This document shows, in pieces, positions 1 through 9,368 of a stretch of 64,000 bases of DNA. The notes beneath the pieces were generated by a model. The model was not told where the DNA came from and did not search any database. It was given only the letters and a program-made list of their open reading frames with translations. The position numbers and the translations under genes are program-made. The stretch covers positions 21,949 to 85,948 of the forward strand of contig CAZZFK010000008.1 in NCBI GenBank assembly GCA_964653455.1. The letters run 5' to 3'. Source of the DNA: an uncultured bacterium. Its GTDB lineage: Bacteria > Margulisbacteria > Termititenacia > CAZZFK01. The stretch's first letter is position 1. The number at the start of each line of letters is the position of its first letter.

Positions 1-580
1 GCCGCTCTGGGGTGTTATGGGATTGACCGGGGACCTGGTATTCACTATCGCGATGAGGGTCGCCATATTCTATGTTCTGATAGCCATCTTTGATTATTTC
101 TATCAGAAACAGCAGTTCAAAAAGAGCATGATGATGACCAAACAGGAGGTCAAGGAAGAGTATAAGCGGCTTGAAGGTGACCCGATCATCAAGCAGCGGC
201 AGCGTCAGGCTCAGCGAGAGGCCGCTCAGAAACGCATGATGGGCGGGGTCCCCAAGGCGGACGTTGTTGTTACGAATCCTGTTCATTTAGCCGTGGCCTT
301 GCAGTATAATGCGGTGGAGATGAAAGCACCGGTACTGCTCGCCAAAGGACAGCGGCTGGTCGCTCAAGAGATCAAGGATATCGCGGAAGCGCATAATATC
401 CCGGTCGTTGAAAATGAACCGCTGGCCCAGCAGCTCTTTAAGACCACGGAGGTCGGTCAGGAAATACCGGCCGATATGTACCGGGCGGTCGCGGAAGTTC
501 TGGCGTTCGTGTATAAATTAGGTCGCAATAAACGAGGACCCGGCAAGAAAAAAGTGCCGGCACGACCGAGGGTCAAATGA
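1..580 (+). CDS. flhB: Flagellar biosynthesis protein FlhB, C-terminal portion (5' end lies outside the window)
   Basis: The translation contains the FlhB autocleavage region VVVTNPVHLAVAL (NPTH-like) and the conserved C-terminal domain (LLAKGQRLVAQEIKDIAEAHNIPVVENEPLAQQLF). It lies directly upstream of flhA. The reading frame is open to base 1, so the gene is truncated by the window edge. Confidence 0.85.
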   Translation, partial: PLWGVMGLTGDLVFTIAMRVAIFYVLIAIFDYFYQKQQFKKSMMMTKQEVKEEYKRLEGDPIIKQRQRQAQREAAQKRMMGGVPKADVVVTNPVHLAVALQYNAVEMKAPVLLAKGQRLVAQEIKDIAEAHNIPVVENEPLAQQLFKTTEVGQEIPADMYRAVAEVLAFVYKLGRNKRGPGKKKVPARPRVK

Positions 581-654
581 TGCCGAGGACGGCTTCAAAA
601 ACAGGACCGTCGCGGGTATACTAGTGAGGTAGTACAGGCTGTCAGGGGGGATAC

Positions 655-2745
655 ATGGCGTCGCCGAAAGTAAGCTGGTTAGAAGTCTTTAAACCGAGCG
701 ATCTGGCCGTCGCGGGCGCCCTGGTCCTGATCGTCGGGATGATGCTCGTACCGCTTCCTACGTTCCTTCTGGACATACTCATGACGTTCAGTATCGCGGT
801 CGCCGTTGCGATATTGTTGATCTCCATGTTCGTGACCAAATCGCTGGATTTTCTTTCGTTCCCCTCCGTGCTCCTGGTCCTTACGTTGTTTCGGCTGTCC
901 CTGAACATTTCTTCGACCCGTCTGATCTTAGCGCTGGGACCTCAGTTCGACGGCAAGGTCATTCTGGCGTTCGCGAACTTCGTGACCGGAGGCAATTTCA
1001 TCGTTGGCGGCGTGTTGTTCGCGATCATCACGCTTGTGAATTTCATTGTTATCACTAAAGGTGCGGAACGTGTCGCTGAGGTCGCTGCCCGTTTTACGTT
1101 GGATGCGATGCCCGGAAAACAGATGAGCATCGATGCGGACCTGAACGCGGGGCTCATCGACGGTGATATGGCCCGTAAGCGCCGGGATGATCTCGGCAAG
1201 GAATCCACGTTCTTCGGCGCGATGGACGGTGCCAATAAGTTCGTTCGCGGAGATGCCATCGCCGGTATCATCATCGTGTTCATCAATATGATCGGCGGTC
1301 TTCTCATCGGCATGTTCCAGCACGGGCAGGAGCTTTCAGAGGCGATGGGCTGGTATTTCAAGATGGCCATCGGCGACGGGCTTTGTTCTCAGCTGCCGGC
1401 ACTGCTCACTTCGATAGCGACAGGTATGATCGTGACCAAATCCGCCAGTGAATCCCGCTTGAGCTTGGATATCACGGAACAATTATCCAAGCAGCCACGT
1501 GCGTTCGCCCTGACATCGGTCATTTTGTTCATGTTCGGTCTCGTGCCGGGATTGCCCAGTGTGCCGTTCTTCATCATGTCCGGCGGTCTGGGAGCCCTGG
1601 CATTTGTGCTCCTGCGCAAAGAAGCGGAAGATGAAATGAAAGAACAGGCGGGGCCGGGCGAGGGTGATGCCATGAAGGAAGCGCTCAAAAAACCCGAGAA
1701 TCTTCTGGGTACGCTGGCGCTCGATCCGATCAGTTTGAAGACAGGACGTAATCTTGTCCCGCTCATCGATCCGAACCAGGACGGTCCATTGCTCGAGCGC
1801 ATCACGCTGGTCAGATATCACATCGGTCAGGAGCTCGGCTTCGTTATCCCGGGCGTACGTGTTATGGACGACTTAAGTCTGCCGCCGAACGAATACACGG
1901 TGGAGATCCGAGGTACCAAGGTCGCGACAGGTACCTGTTTTATGACCCATCATTTCATTGTTATGCGTCCTGAGGAGCTCAAACGCAAGAACATCCTGGG
2001 CGAAGAGGCACAGGACCCGGTGTCGATCAATGTCGGGACGTGGGTCTCCGATGATCAGCTCCCGGTCATTCAGGAACAGGGTATCCCGGTACAAACGCCG
2101 GTCGATTTCATGGCCAATCATTTTGCGGAGGTCATCAAGCAGCATGCCGACGAGATCATGACCAGGCAGAACGTGCAGTCCCTGCTCGAGCTGGTGAAGA
2201 ACACGAACGCGGCCATCGTTCGCGAACTGGTCCCCGACATGCTCTCGCTCGGTCAGGTACATAAGGTCCTGCAGCTGCTGGTGCGTGAACGAGTATCCAT
2301 TCGTGATCTTTCGACCATACTTGAGCGACTTGCGGATTACGCGCATGTGTCGCGTGATACCAATCTGTTGGCCGAATATGTGCGTCAATCGCTCGCGCGT
2401 CAGATCTGCAGCAAGTACGCGGACAAGGAAGAGATGCTCACGGTCCTCACCATTGATCCGCGTCTGGAAGAGATGATGATCGGAGCGGTGCATCAGTCCG
2501 AGTACGGATCGTTCCTGGCGCTCGATCCGAACATCGGTGAAAAGGTCCTGAACCAGCTCTCCGAACAGTTGCAGAGCTTTAGGCGGATGGACCGTTCGCC
2601 CATCGTGCTCTGTTCGCCTCGTCTTCGGCCTCATTTCAAACGTTTTACCGAGCGCAATTTTCCGCAGCTTGCGGTGCTCTCTTACAACGAGATCGTCCCG
2701 CAGGTGAAGGTACAGTCCATCGGCATCATCTCGATGGAGGATTAA
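655..2745 (+). CDS. flhA: Flagellar biosynthesis protein FlhA (type III export gate)
   Basis: The 696-aa protein has an N-terminal polytopic membrane domain with the typical FlhA start (…LAVAGALVLIVGMMLVPLP…), the FHIPEP region and a large cytoplasmic C-terminal domain. It follows flhB in the canonical order. Confidence 0.95.
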   Translation: MASPKVSWLEVFKPSDLAVAGALVLIVGMMLVPLPTFLLDILMTFSIAVAVAILLISMFVTKSLDFLSFPSVLLVLTLFRLSLNISSTRLILALGPQFDGKVILAFANFVTGGNFIVGGVLFAIITLVNFIVITKGAERVAEVAARFTLDAMPGKQMSIDADLNAGLIDGDMARKRRDDLGKESTFFGAMDGANKFVRGDAIAGIIIVFINMIGGLLIGMFQHGQELSEAMGWYFKMAIGDGLCSQLPALLTSIATGMIVTKSASESRLSLDITEQLSKQPRAFALTSVILFMFGLVPGLPSVPFFIMSGGLGALAFVLLRKEAEDEMKEQAGPGEGDAMKEALKKPENLLGTLALDPISLKTGRNLVPLIDPNQDGPLLERITLVRYHIGQELGFVIPGVRVMDDLSLPPNEYTVEIRGTKVATGTCFMTHHFIVMRPEELKRKNILGEEAQDPVSINVGTWVSDDQLPVIQEQGIPVQTPVDFMANHFAEVIKQHADEIMTRQNVQSLLELVKNTNAAIVRELVPDMLSLGQVHKVLQLLVRERVSIRDLSTILERLADYAHVSRDTNLLAEYVRQSLARQICSKYADKEEMLTVLTIDPRLEEMMIGAVHQSEYGSFLALDPNIGEKVLNQLSEQLQSFRRMDRSPIVLCSPRLRPHFKRFTERNFPQLAVLSYNEIVPQVKVQSIGIISMED

Positions 2746-2878
2746 CGGTCGGCCGTGATGTGCGGGAATGCAGAGGAACAGAGCCTTTAAGTTCACCTTA
2801 ACGCCCTGAAAGAATAATGAAATTTGCGCAGGAATGGCTACGATATATTCGTAGAGAGATGGCGGATCGGGGAGAGGA

Positions 2879-3277
2879 GTGATGTATATGTTATATCAGG
2901 AAGAATTAAGAGAATGGAAAGCGCCTGCTTTTCAGCAAGAAAAATCGACGTGGGAGAAGATATTCGGGGCGATCAGTACTGTCCGTTTGGATGCGGACAC
3001 GGAAAAACCTGTTGAACGTAGTTTGCAGTTCGAGCAGTACCTTGAAAAGAACCTTGAGGCGAACCTTTCACTTGAGGATATGTCCGTGCGTATGGTGCAA
3101 TCAGCTCTTGAGGTGGAGTTCGGGTCCAAAGCGCTCTATGACCTGGATTACGCGAAGATGATCGGGGTCATCGCTTCGGCGTTGCGCAATACCCCTGAGA
3201 TGCGCGAGGTCATGCTCGGCGTGGCCAATCGTATCTTGCGTAGAAAATTGAACCTTACCAAGAGAACGGTTCACTAA
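2879..3277 (+). CDS. Hypothetical protein (132 aa) downstream of flhA, in the position normally occupied by flhF/flhG
   Basis: ORF with the RBS-like GGAGAGGAG immediately upstream. I recognise no family. The start could be GTG 2879 or ATG 2882/2888. Confidence 0.4.
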   Translation: MMYMLYQEELREWKAPAFQQEKSTWEKIFGAISTVRLDADTEKPVERSLQFEQYLEKNLEANLSLEDMSVRMVQSALEVEFGSKALYDLDYAKMIGVIASALRNTPEMREVMLGVANRILRRKLNLTKRTVH

Positions 3278-3307
3278 TTCAATAGAAGGCGATATACTTT
3301 CGGTGCC

Positions 3308-4075
3308 ATGAAAGATGTCACCGTTACCATCATCCAGAACAAAGCGGTCAGCAGTTCTTTTTCTCTTTTGACGTTCACCTATCCGTATCCCGTATTGCCC
3401 GGGCAGTTCGTGCATGTCCGTCTTAATGACCGTATCGATCCGTTCCTGCGCCGGCCGTTCAGTATCCATGACTGTGATGCCAAGAAGAAGACAATAACGC
3501 TCCTCTATAAGCGGGTGGGAAAAGGGACGAACTATCTGGCGACGCTGCCCAAAGGCACAGCTCTCACGATCCTCGGCCCGCTCGGCAATTCCTTCTCTGT
3601 CGAAGGGGTATCCAGAGGGTCAACGGTCGCTTTGATCGGTGGTGGTATCGGATTTGCCCCGCTCCTGTTCCTGGCCAGGAAGCTTTCTGTAAAAGGTGTT
3701 GCGGTCCATACGTTCATGGGGTTCAAGACAAAGGCCGAGGTGTTCGTTGATGCGGCGCTCAAACAGTGTTCTGAAAAGGTCCACATTGCGACCGATGACG
3801 GGAGTTTTGGCGAGTGCGGTTTTGTGACGGATTGTTTCTCTCGTGCTCTCGAGACGACCGCTTTTGACCAGGTCTTTGTCTGTGGGCCGGACCTGATGAT
3901 GAAAAGGATACATGCGCTCTGTACGCAAAAGGATATTCCCTTGCAGCTCTCGCTTGAATCGATCATGGCCTGTGGTCTTGGTGCGTGTATGTGCTGTGTT
4001 TCGGAGACAAAAGCAGGATATAAAAAAGTATGCAGCGACGGTCCCGTCTTTACGAAAGAGGAGCTGCCATGGTGA
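3308..4075 (+). CDS. pyrK: Dihydroorotate dehydrogenase electron-transfer subunit PyrK (FAD/NAD-binding, 2Fe-2S)
   Basis: Ferredoxin-reductase-like fold motifs (RPFSI, GGGIGFAPL) and a C-terminal Cys cluster (CGLGACMCCV). It overlaps the pyrD start by 4 nt (ATGGTGA). Confidence 0.85.
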   Translation: MKDVTVTIIQNKAVSSSFSLLTFTYPYPVLPGQFVHVRLNDRIDPFLRRPFSIHDCDAKKKTITLLYKRVGKGTNYLATLPKGTALTILGPLGNSFSVEGVSRGSTVALIGGGIGFAPLLFLARKLSVKGVAVHTFMGFKTKAEVFVDAALKQCSEKVHIATDDGSFGECGFVTDCFSRALETTAFDQVFVCGPDLMMKRIHALCTQKDIPLQLSLESIMACGLGACMCCVSETKAGYKKVCSDGPVFTKEELPW

Positions 4076-5076
4076 AGAAGAAAGTCAAAAGTCCTAAGTC
4101 GCCCCTCGCAAAACCTCGGGGGCAGTACGTTAAGAACGCTTCAATACCGACTGCGTTTGTTCTTCCCCCGGTCGATCTATCAGTGAAACTTGCCGGGATA
4201 CAACTGAAGAACCCGGTATTGGTCGCCTCGGGGACGTTCAATTGCGGGAAAGAATATGACCAGTTGTATGATATCTCTCAATTGGGCGGCATCATCACCA
4301 AAGCGGTCACGGCCAATAAGCGGACCGGCAATCCTCCGCCGCGTATGGCCGAGACGCCTTCAGGCATGCTCAATACGGTAGGTCTGCAGAACGAAGGTGT
4401 CGATCATTTCCTGCGTGAGCAGCTCCCGTTCCTGCTCAGTAAAGAAGTGCCGGTCATCGCGAATGTCGCAGGGAGCTCGATCGAGGAGTATTCGGTCGTC
4501 GTTAAGAAACTGTCCCGTCACGGTGGTATCGATGGTATCGAACTGAACGTCTCCTGTCCGAACGTACATAAAGGCGGTCTGGCCTTTGGTGTGGATGCGA
4601 ACGCTCTGCGAGAGGTCGTTTCTGTTGTCCGTAAAGACACCAAACTTCCGCTCATCATCAAACTTTCGCCAAATGTCACGGATATCGTGTATCTTGCCCG
4701 TGTGGCAATGGAGGCCGGTGCCGATGGACTTTCGCTCATCAATACGCTGCTCGGTATGTCCATTGATATTGAAAAGCAGAGGCCAAGATTATCGATGAAG
4801 ATGGGCGGTCTTTCAGGACCTGCGGTGAAGCCGGTCGCTGTGCGTATGGTCTATCAGGTCCATAAAGCGCTCAAATGTCCGATCATCGGTATGGGGGGGA
4901 TCGCTTCGGCCGAGGATGCCGTTGAATTCATGCTGGCCGGTGCCACGGCGGTGGCGGTCGGGACGATGAACTTCGTGGACCCGTTCTGCGCGCCGCAGAT
5001 GCCTGAAGGGATAGCCCGATATGTGAGCGGTAAAAAGGTCCCGGCGGTGGCGGATATCATCGGTCTTGTTGAATGA
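4069..5076 (+). CDS. pyrD: Dihydroorotate dehydrogenase catalytic subunit PyrD (class 1B)
   Basis: Motifs NPVLVASGTF, GLQNEG, ELNVSCPN and GMGGI. The start is assigned to ATG 4069 (MVKKK…), which has a perfect AAAGAGGAG RBS and overlaps the pyrK stop, rather than to the ORF-track start at 4030. Confidence 0.9.
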   Translation: MVKKKVKSPKSPLAKPRGQYVKNASIPTAFVLPPVDLSVKLAGIQLKNPVLVASGTFNCGKEYDQLYDISQLGGIITKAVTANKRTGNPPPRMAETPSGMLNTVGLQNEGVDHFLREQLPFLLSKEVPVIANVAGSSIEEYSVVVKKLSRHGGIDGIELNVSCPNVHKGGLAFGVDANALREVVSVVRKDTKLPLIIKLSPNVTDIVYLARVAMEAGADGLSLINTLLGMSIDIEKQRPRLSMKMGGLSGPAVKPVAVRMVYQVHKALKCPIIGMGGIASAEDAVEFMLAGATAVAVGTMNFVDPFCAPQMPEGIARYVSGKKVPAVADIIGLVE

Positions 5077-5130
5077 TCTTTTGAGCACTGTTCGTGCGCA
5101 ACTAATTTTCAGAACATCCGATATCTATAT

Positions 5131-5946
5131 ATGAAACACTTAGCGCACAAGGTGTATGCATTACCTGCCGGACAGAACATCGATTTTTTCCGTGCCGGCA
5201 CTGTGCTGGACCGGCAACCCTTTTTTCAACTGTCATCACCCGAGGTCCTTGAAAGAGCTTTGGGGTGTATATACACCACTGATCAGATAGTGACATACTT
5301 GGGGCGGCCGCAGTTGAGCAAGGTCCTCACGGTCTTTTGCTCATTGCTCGATGATTCACAGACCGTCCTTTTTGAACGTAAAAATAAAGAGATCGAGCGC
5401 TTCTCTGGACTGCGTCATGGGTTCGGTATCCGCTTTAGTGAGGACTATAGCACTTCTTTTCGGGCGATGAACGGAGGATCAGTGCTTTTTCCGGAAACAT
5501 ATATGCGACCGTTCCTGACAGGGACCCACGGTGCTCATGCTATGACCGCTAATTGTCTTGAATTCAGTCTTATTCTTTTGAACGCCATGAGAAAAGAGGG
5601 AATAGAGTGTTATCTCGGAGTGTATCCGACGATAGGATATCATATGTACATTTTGGCCGTGATGGATGCTGTTCTGTGTGACGTACATGTGACAAATGAA
5701 AAGGACCGTCCTTATTTTGTCAGGGAGGTTACTGATAATCCTCTTGTACAGAAGCGTATCCTTGAGCGACGGCTTTCGGATACGGATGCGCACTATTTTG
5801 TTGAGCTTTGGCGAGGTCGTATCGCACAGAGCAGAGGCGAGCTGACCTTGGCCTCAGAATACTTTCAAAGCTTGAAAAGTGATGACTGGCGTTTTAAATA
5901 TCATCTTGAGCATTTGGCAGGACTGGAGACAGGAGAGCGAGAATAA
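5131..5946 (+). CDS. Hypothetical protein with a transglutaminase-like (papain-fold) core motif
   Basis: The segment GTHGAHAMTANCLEFSLILLNAMRKEGIECYLGVYPTIGYHMYILAVMD resembles the transglutaminase-like superfamily core (G-x-C-x-x-F-…-R-x-x-G-I-x-x-R/Y-…-G-Y-…-H-…-D). There is no signal peptide. Confidence 0.4.
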   Translation: MKHLAHKVYALPAGQNIDFFRAGTVLDRQPFFQLSSPEVLERALGCIYTTDQIVTYLGRPQLSKVLTVFCSLLDDSQTVLFERKNKEIERFSGLRHGFGIRFSEDYSTSFRAMNGGSVLFPETYMRPFLTGTHGAHAMTANCLEFSLILLNAMRKEGIECYLGVYPTIGYHMYILAVMDAVLCDVHVTNEKDRPYFVREVTDNPLVQKRILERRLSDTDAHYFVELWRGRIAQSRGELTLASEYFQSLKSDDWRFKYHLEHLAGLETGERE

Positions 5947-6037
5947 CATGATCTTTCCTGTAAAAATATCTTGAATTTCCTTTCGTTCCTTTGATACAAT
6001 AAGCCTGTTCAAAATTAAACAGCCGTGGGGGTTTTAG

Positions 6038-6241
6038 ATGGCTGACGAAACACTTGAAAAAGTATCCCGTAAATTCATACATGATGTGCGCACGCCGTTA
6101 TCGGTATTGCAGATGCTGTCCGATCTGTTCGCGTCGTCCGCGCCGTCTCCCGAGGATATCGGTATCATGAAAGAAGAGATCGGCAAGATGACCGATATGA
6201 TCGCGAAGTATGCGGAGGATGTGAAAGCATTTTATCGATGA
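6038..6241 (+). CDS. Stand-alone HisKA/DHp-domain mini-protein (67 aa) with a histidine-kinase H-box and no ATPase domain
   Basis: The translation contains the H-box HDVRTPL (consensus sHElRTPL) followed by the helical DHp continuation. Only 37 nt separate its stop from the downstream response-regulator gene, leaving no room for an HATPase_c domain. GGGGG lies 8-12 nt upstream of the ATG. Confidence 0.5.
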   Translation: MADETLEKVSRKFIHDVRTPLSVLQMLSDLFASSAPSPEDIGIMKEEIGKMTDMIAKYAEDVKAFYR

Positions 6242-6299
6242 ATCTTGAAGAGGGTGGATACCCTCTTCAACGTACAATATGGGCCTAAAGGGGGAGCGC

Positions 6300-7757
6300 A
6301 TGTCCAATAAAAAGATATTGATCGTGGATGACGAGAAGAATTTTCGGAACATTTTGGGGCGTACCATCAAAGAAAGCGGCATATCCAATATAGAGATATG
6401 TGAAGCTGAGAACGCAGGAGAAGCCATGACGCTCGTTGCGCAGGAATCCCCTCATGTTGTTCTGATGGATATCCAGATGCCCGGTACTTCAGGGCTTGAG
6501 GCCTTCAAGAAGATGCGTGAGGCTAACCCAAAGCTCATCGTGGTCATGATGACGGGGGCTGGCACGACAGATAATGCGATCGAGTCGATGAAGCTCGGGG
6601 CTTTTGATTACATCACGAAACCTTTTGAGCAGAACAAGATAAAAGAGACCATCAATAAAGCCTTTGCCGCAGGTATGCTCATGGAAGAAACGGTCACCTT
6701 TTCTGAGGCGGCGGAAACAGGGAAGCTCGCGGCACGCACTATCGTGGGCATGTCCCGTCCCATGCAGGAGATCTATAAGACCATTGGGCAAGTGGCCGGC
6801 AGCACCGTTCCGGTGCTCATTACCGGTGAGTCCGGGACAGGTAAAGAGCTCGTTGCGCGTGCGATATACAATTATTCCTCCCGCAAGGACAGACCGTTCC
6901 TGGCAATCAATTGTTCGGCGATACCTGAGACCTTGCTTGAAAGTGAATTGTTCGGCTATGAAAAGGGGGCTTTTACTGGTGCGGTGGAACGACGTATCGG
7001 TAAGTTCGAGCAATGCCACGGCGGTACGATATTCCTGGATGAGATCGGTGATATGCCGGTCGTGACCCAGGCCAAGATATTGCGAGTCCTGCAGGAGGGC
7101 GAGTTCGAAAGGGTCGGCGGTACCGAGACCATCAAGGTCAATGTTCGGGTGATATCCGCTACCAACCGTGATCTTGTGGCCTTTATCCGGGAAGGACGGT
7201 TCCGCGAGGACCTGTATTATCGCTTGAACGTCGTGAACATCAAGATCCCGTCCTTACGGGAGCGGCCCGAGGATATCGCGGACATGGTGAAGTATTTTCT
7301 CAATCGTTTCAATAACGAGTTCGGGAAAGGCATAACCGATATCCCGCAGCGTACGATGGACCAGCTGATGCATTATTCGTGGCCGGGGAACGTCAGACAG
7401 CTTGAGAACACTATTAAGCGTGCAGTGGTCATGACCGTCGGCAACACGCTGCAGGTCGATTCTCTGACCGATGCCTCCGGGACCGCCGTGATCGCGGAGA
7501 GCGCTCCTGTACGTGTATCGTTAGCGGACCTCTCGTTCGAGGATGTACTTGTCCGTACGCAGGAAGAACTGCTGGCAAAGGTCCTTGCGCTCCCTGAAAA
7601 TGACGCGAACAAGGAGAATGTGCTCTCCAGGATAGAAGAGGTCCTTATACGTCGTACGCTTGCTGCCTTTAACGGTAATCAGGTCCGCACCGCACGCCTG
7701 CTGGGTATCACGCGTAATACACTGCGTTCACGCATGGCGGAGTTCGGGCTGCGTTGA
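6300..7757 (+). CDS. Sigma-54-dependent Fis-family response regulator (NtrC/FlrC-like: REC + AAA+ sigma-54 activator + HTH)
   Basis: REC domain with acidic pocket (ILIVDDE…VLMDIQMPGTSGLE), Walker A GESGTGKE, an ESELFGYEKGAFTG-type GAFTGA loop and a C-terminal Fis-type HTH (NQVRTARLLGITRNTLRSR). The start is set at ATG 6300 (MSNKKILIVDD), preceded by AAGGGGGA. Confidence 0.9.
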   Translation: MSNKKILIVDDEKNFRNILGRTIKESGISNIEICEAENAGEAMTLVAQESPHVVLMDIQMPGTSGLEAFKKMREANPKLIVVMMTGAGTTDNAIESMKLGAFDYITKPFEQNKIKETINKAFAAGMLMEETVTFSEAAETGKLAARTIVGMSRPMQEIYKTIGQVAGSTVPVLITGESGTGKELVARAIYNYSSRKDRPFLAINCSAIPETLLESELFGYEKGAFTGAVERRIGKFEQCHGGTIFLDEIGDMPVVTQAKILRVLQEGEFERVGGTETIKVNVRVISATNRDLVAFIREGRFREDLYYRLNVVNIKIPSLRERPEDIADMVKYFLNRFNNEFGKGITDIPQRTMDQLMHYSWPGNVRQLENTIKRAVVMTVGNTLQVDSLTDASGTAVIAESAPVRVSLADLSFEDVLVRTQEELLAKVLALPENDANKENVLSRIEEVLIRRTLAAFNGNQVRTARLLGITRNTLRSRMAEFGLR

Positions 7758-7868
7758 GGGAATAGATCGTTCGCGGTATGAACTTCTTTCATGGGCTATA
7801 ATGTTCGTATGGTCGATCACACAGCGGTCGGTCCCCGATACAGCGGTCTTTTCCCTGCCGGTGCCCCT

Positions 7869-9347
7869 ATGGGACGGGCGTGTCGGTATTTTTTCAGTAT
7901 ATGTGTATGTATCCTCATTGCTCTGCCTGTATCCGTTCGTGCTGATATTGTTCTGACCGTTCGTGCCAGGGAAGCGTCGGGAATACCCACCGCGTACGTG
8001 TTATACAACGGTCTTACGGAAGTAGCACAGGAGTCGGTCGATGCCAGAGGCACTGTATGGCTTCGAAAAGGTATTGTGCCTGACGGAGCCGTGCATGAGT
8101 ATGATGTCAGCGGTAATCTACGAACGGAGATCATGTACCTGCACAACGCGCGTAACGGGGTCATGAAAGAGTTCGCTCCTGATGGAACCCTTTTACGGAC
8201 GGTCGCCTATGTGCGCGACAGATACCATGGCCCTTCAGTGCAGTTCCATGAGAACGGCGTCACGCACAGTATCTCTTTCTATGAGGGTGGTCAGCTCCAT
8301 GGTTTTTTCTGTACGTTCTATGAGAGCGGCATTACGGAGTCTGTTGTTCAGTACCGGTATGGTAAGCGGCATGGACCTGCGTACACCTGCTTTGGCGGAG
8401 GGGAGTTGGAAAGCTCTGAAGAATATGCGGATGGCCTGCCGAACGGGACGTTCGTCCGCTTTCGTGCCGGCCTGGATGGGGTGAGCACTGCTTCGGTATG
8501 TTATTTCGTCAAGGGTGTTACTGAGGGAGTGTGCACACGATACCATGATGACGGCTCTATCATGAGCAGGGAAGTATATGTCAGTGGCATCTTGGACGGT
8601 CCGGCAGTTTCGTTCTATCCTTCGGGAAATACCAGGAATGAGGAGCAGTACGCTGGGGGAAGGAACTTCGGAGAAAAACGTGCTTTCTATGAGAGCGGCA
8701 TGCTGCAGCGCGAAGGCACTTTCTGTCTCGGAGAACCAGAGGGAGTGCATCGGGAATACTTCGATACCGGGGCCTTAAAAAAGCAGGAGAGATATGTGTC
8801 CGGAGATATCGAAGGAACGGTCCTTAGTTACCATGATAATGGTCAGCCATCTGAAGAGGTGCCCTATGTGAAGGGAATACGGACCGGAGTGAGCAAGACA
8901 TATGATCCTGCAGGGCGGAAACTTGCGGAAACGACCTATGCGGGGGGTGTGCTCCATGGCACCTCTGTGTTCTATGCTCCGGACGGGAGTGTTCGAGAAA
9001 AGATCGTATATCGGCAAGGGATGCGTGTTGTTGGGGATGAGGACCGGGGAAGAGCACAGAATTCCGGTAAGCTCGAGATGTATCTCAATCAACACTACGG
9101 ACTTCCGATCATGTGTTCGGACGGGCGTTCGATCATACCGTTCGAGAAGATCATCTGTGCTCAGGGTGAGCTGCAGTTCTATGTGTCGGAAGGATTACAG
9201 CGAGCGCGTGAACAACACCTGGTGTCGGAGAACTGTCTGGAACTGTTGCTCCGTCCGGTGAAGGAAGATGTGATGGTCGGTTTTTATTATGAGGTAACTC
9301 CTGCGGTGGTCGTTCTCTCCGGAACAGAAGTAATACTGCGCATCTAG
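7869..9347 (+). CDS. Secreted MORN-variant (YwqK-like) repeat protein
   Basis: About 14 tandem ~23-aa repeats of the form Y-x-x-G-x-x-x-G-x-x-x-x-Y/F-x-x-x-G (for example HGPSVQFHENGVTHSISFYEGGQLHGFFCTFYESG), after a signal-peptide-like N-terminus (MGRACRYFFSICVCILIALPVSVRA). The ORF track starts at 7791; I prefer the in-frame ATG at 7869. Confidence 0.6.
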   Translation: MGRACRYFFSICVCILIALPVSVRADIVLTVRAREASGIPTAYVLYNGLTEVAQESVDARGTVWLRKGIVPDGAVHEYDVSGNLRTEIMYLHNARNGVMKEFAPDGTLLRTVAYVRDRYHGPSVQFHENGVTHSISFYEGGQLHGFFCTFYESGITESVVQYRYGKRHGPAYTCFGGGELESSEEYADGLPNGTFVRFRAGLDGVSTASVCYFVKGVTEGVCTRYHDDGSIMSREVYVSGILDGPAVSFYPSGNTRNEEQYAGGRNFGEKRAFYESGMLQREGTFCLGEPEGVHREYFDTGALKKQERYVSGDIEGTVLSYHDNGQPSEEVPYVKGIRTGVSKTYDPAGRKLAETTYAGGVLHGTSVFYAPDGSVREKIVYRQGMRVVGDEDRGRAQNSGKLEMYLNQHYGLPIMCSDGRSIIPFEKIICAQGELQFYVSEGLQRAREQHLVSENCLELLLRPVKEDVMVGFYYEVTPAVVVLSGTEVILRI

Positions 9348-9368
9348 AGGACGGCACTCGGCCTCTGG

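Noticed and set aside
928-2796. Minus-strand ORFs overlapping flhA (928-1323, 942-1370, 1389-1805, 1483-1821, 1873-2796)
   Set aside because: They lie antisense to the unmistakable FlhA reading frame and have compositionally biased, non-homologous translations.
4030-4068. Upstream extension of pyrD (ORF-track start at 4030)
   Set aside because: It would overlap pyrK by 46 nt with no RBS. ATG 4069 has a perfect AAAGAGGAG RBS and the common ATGGTGA stop/start overlap.
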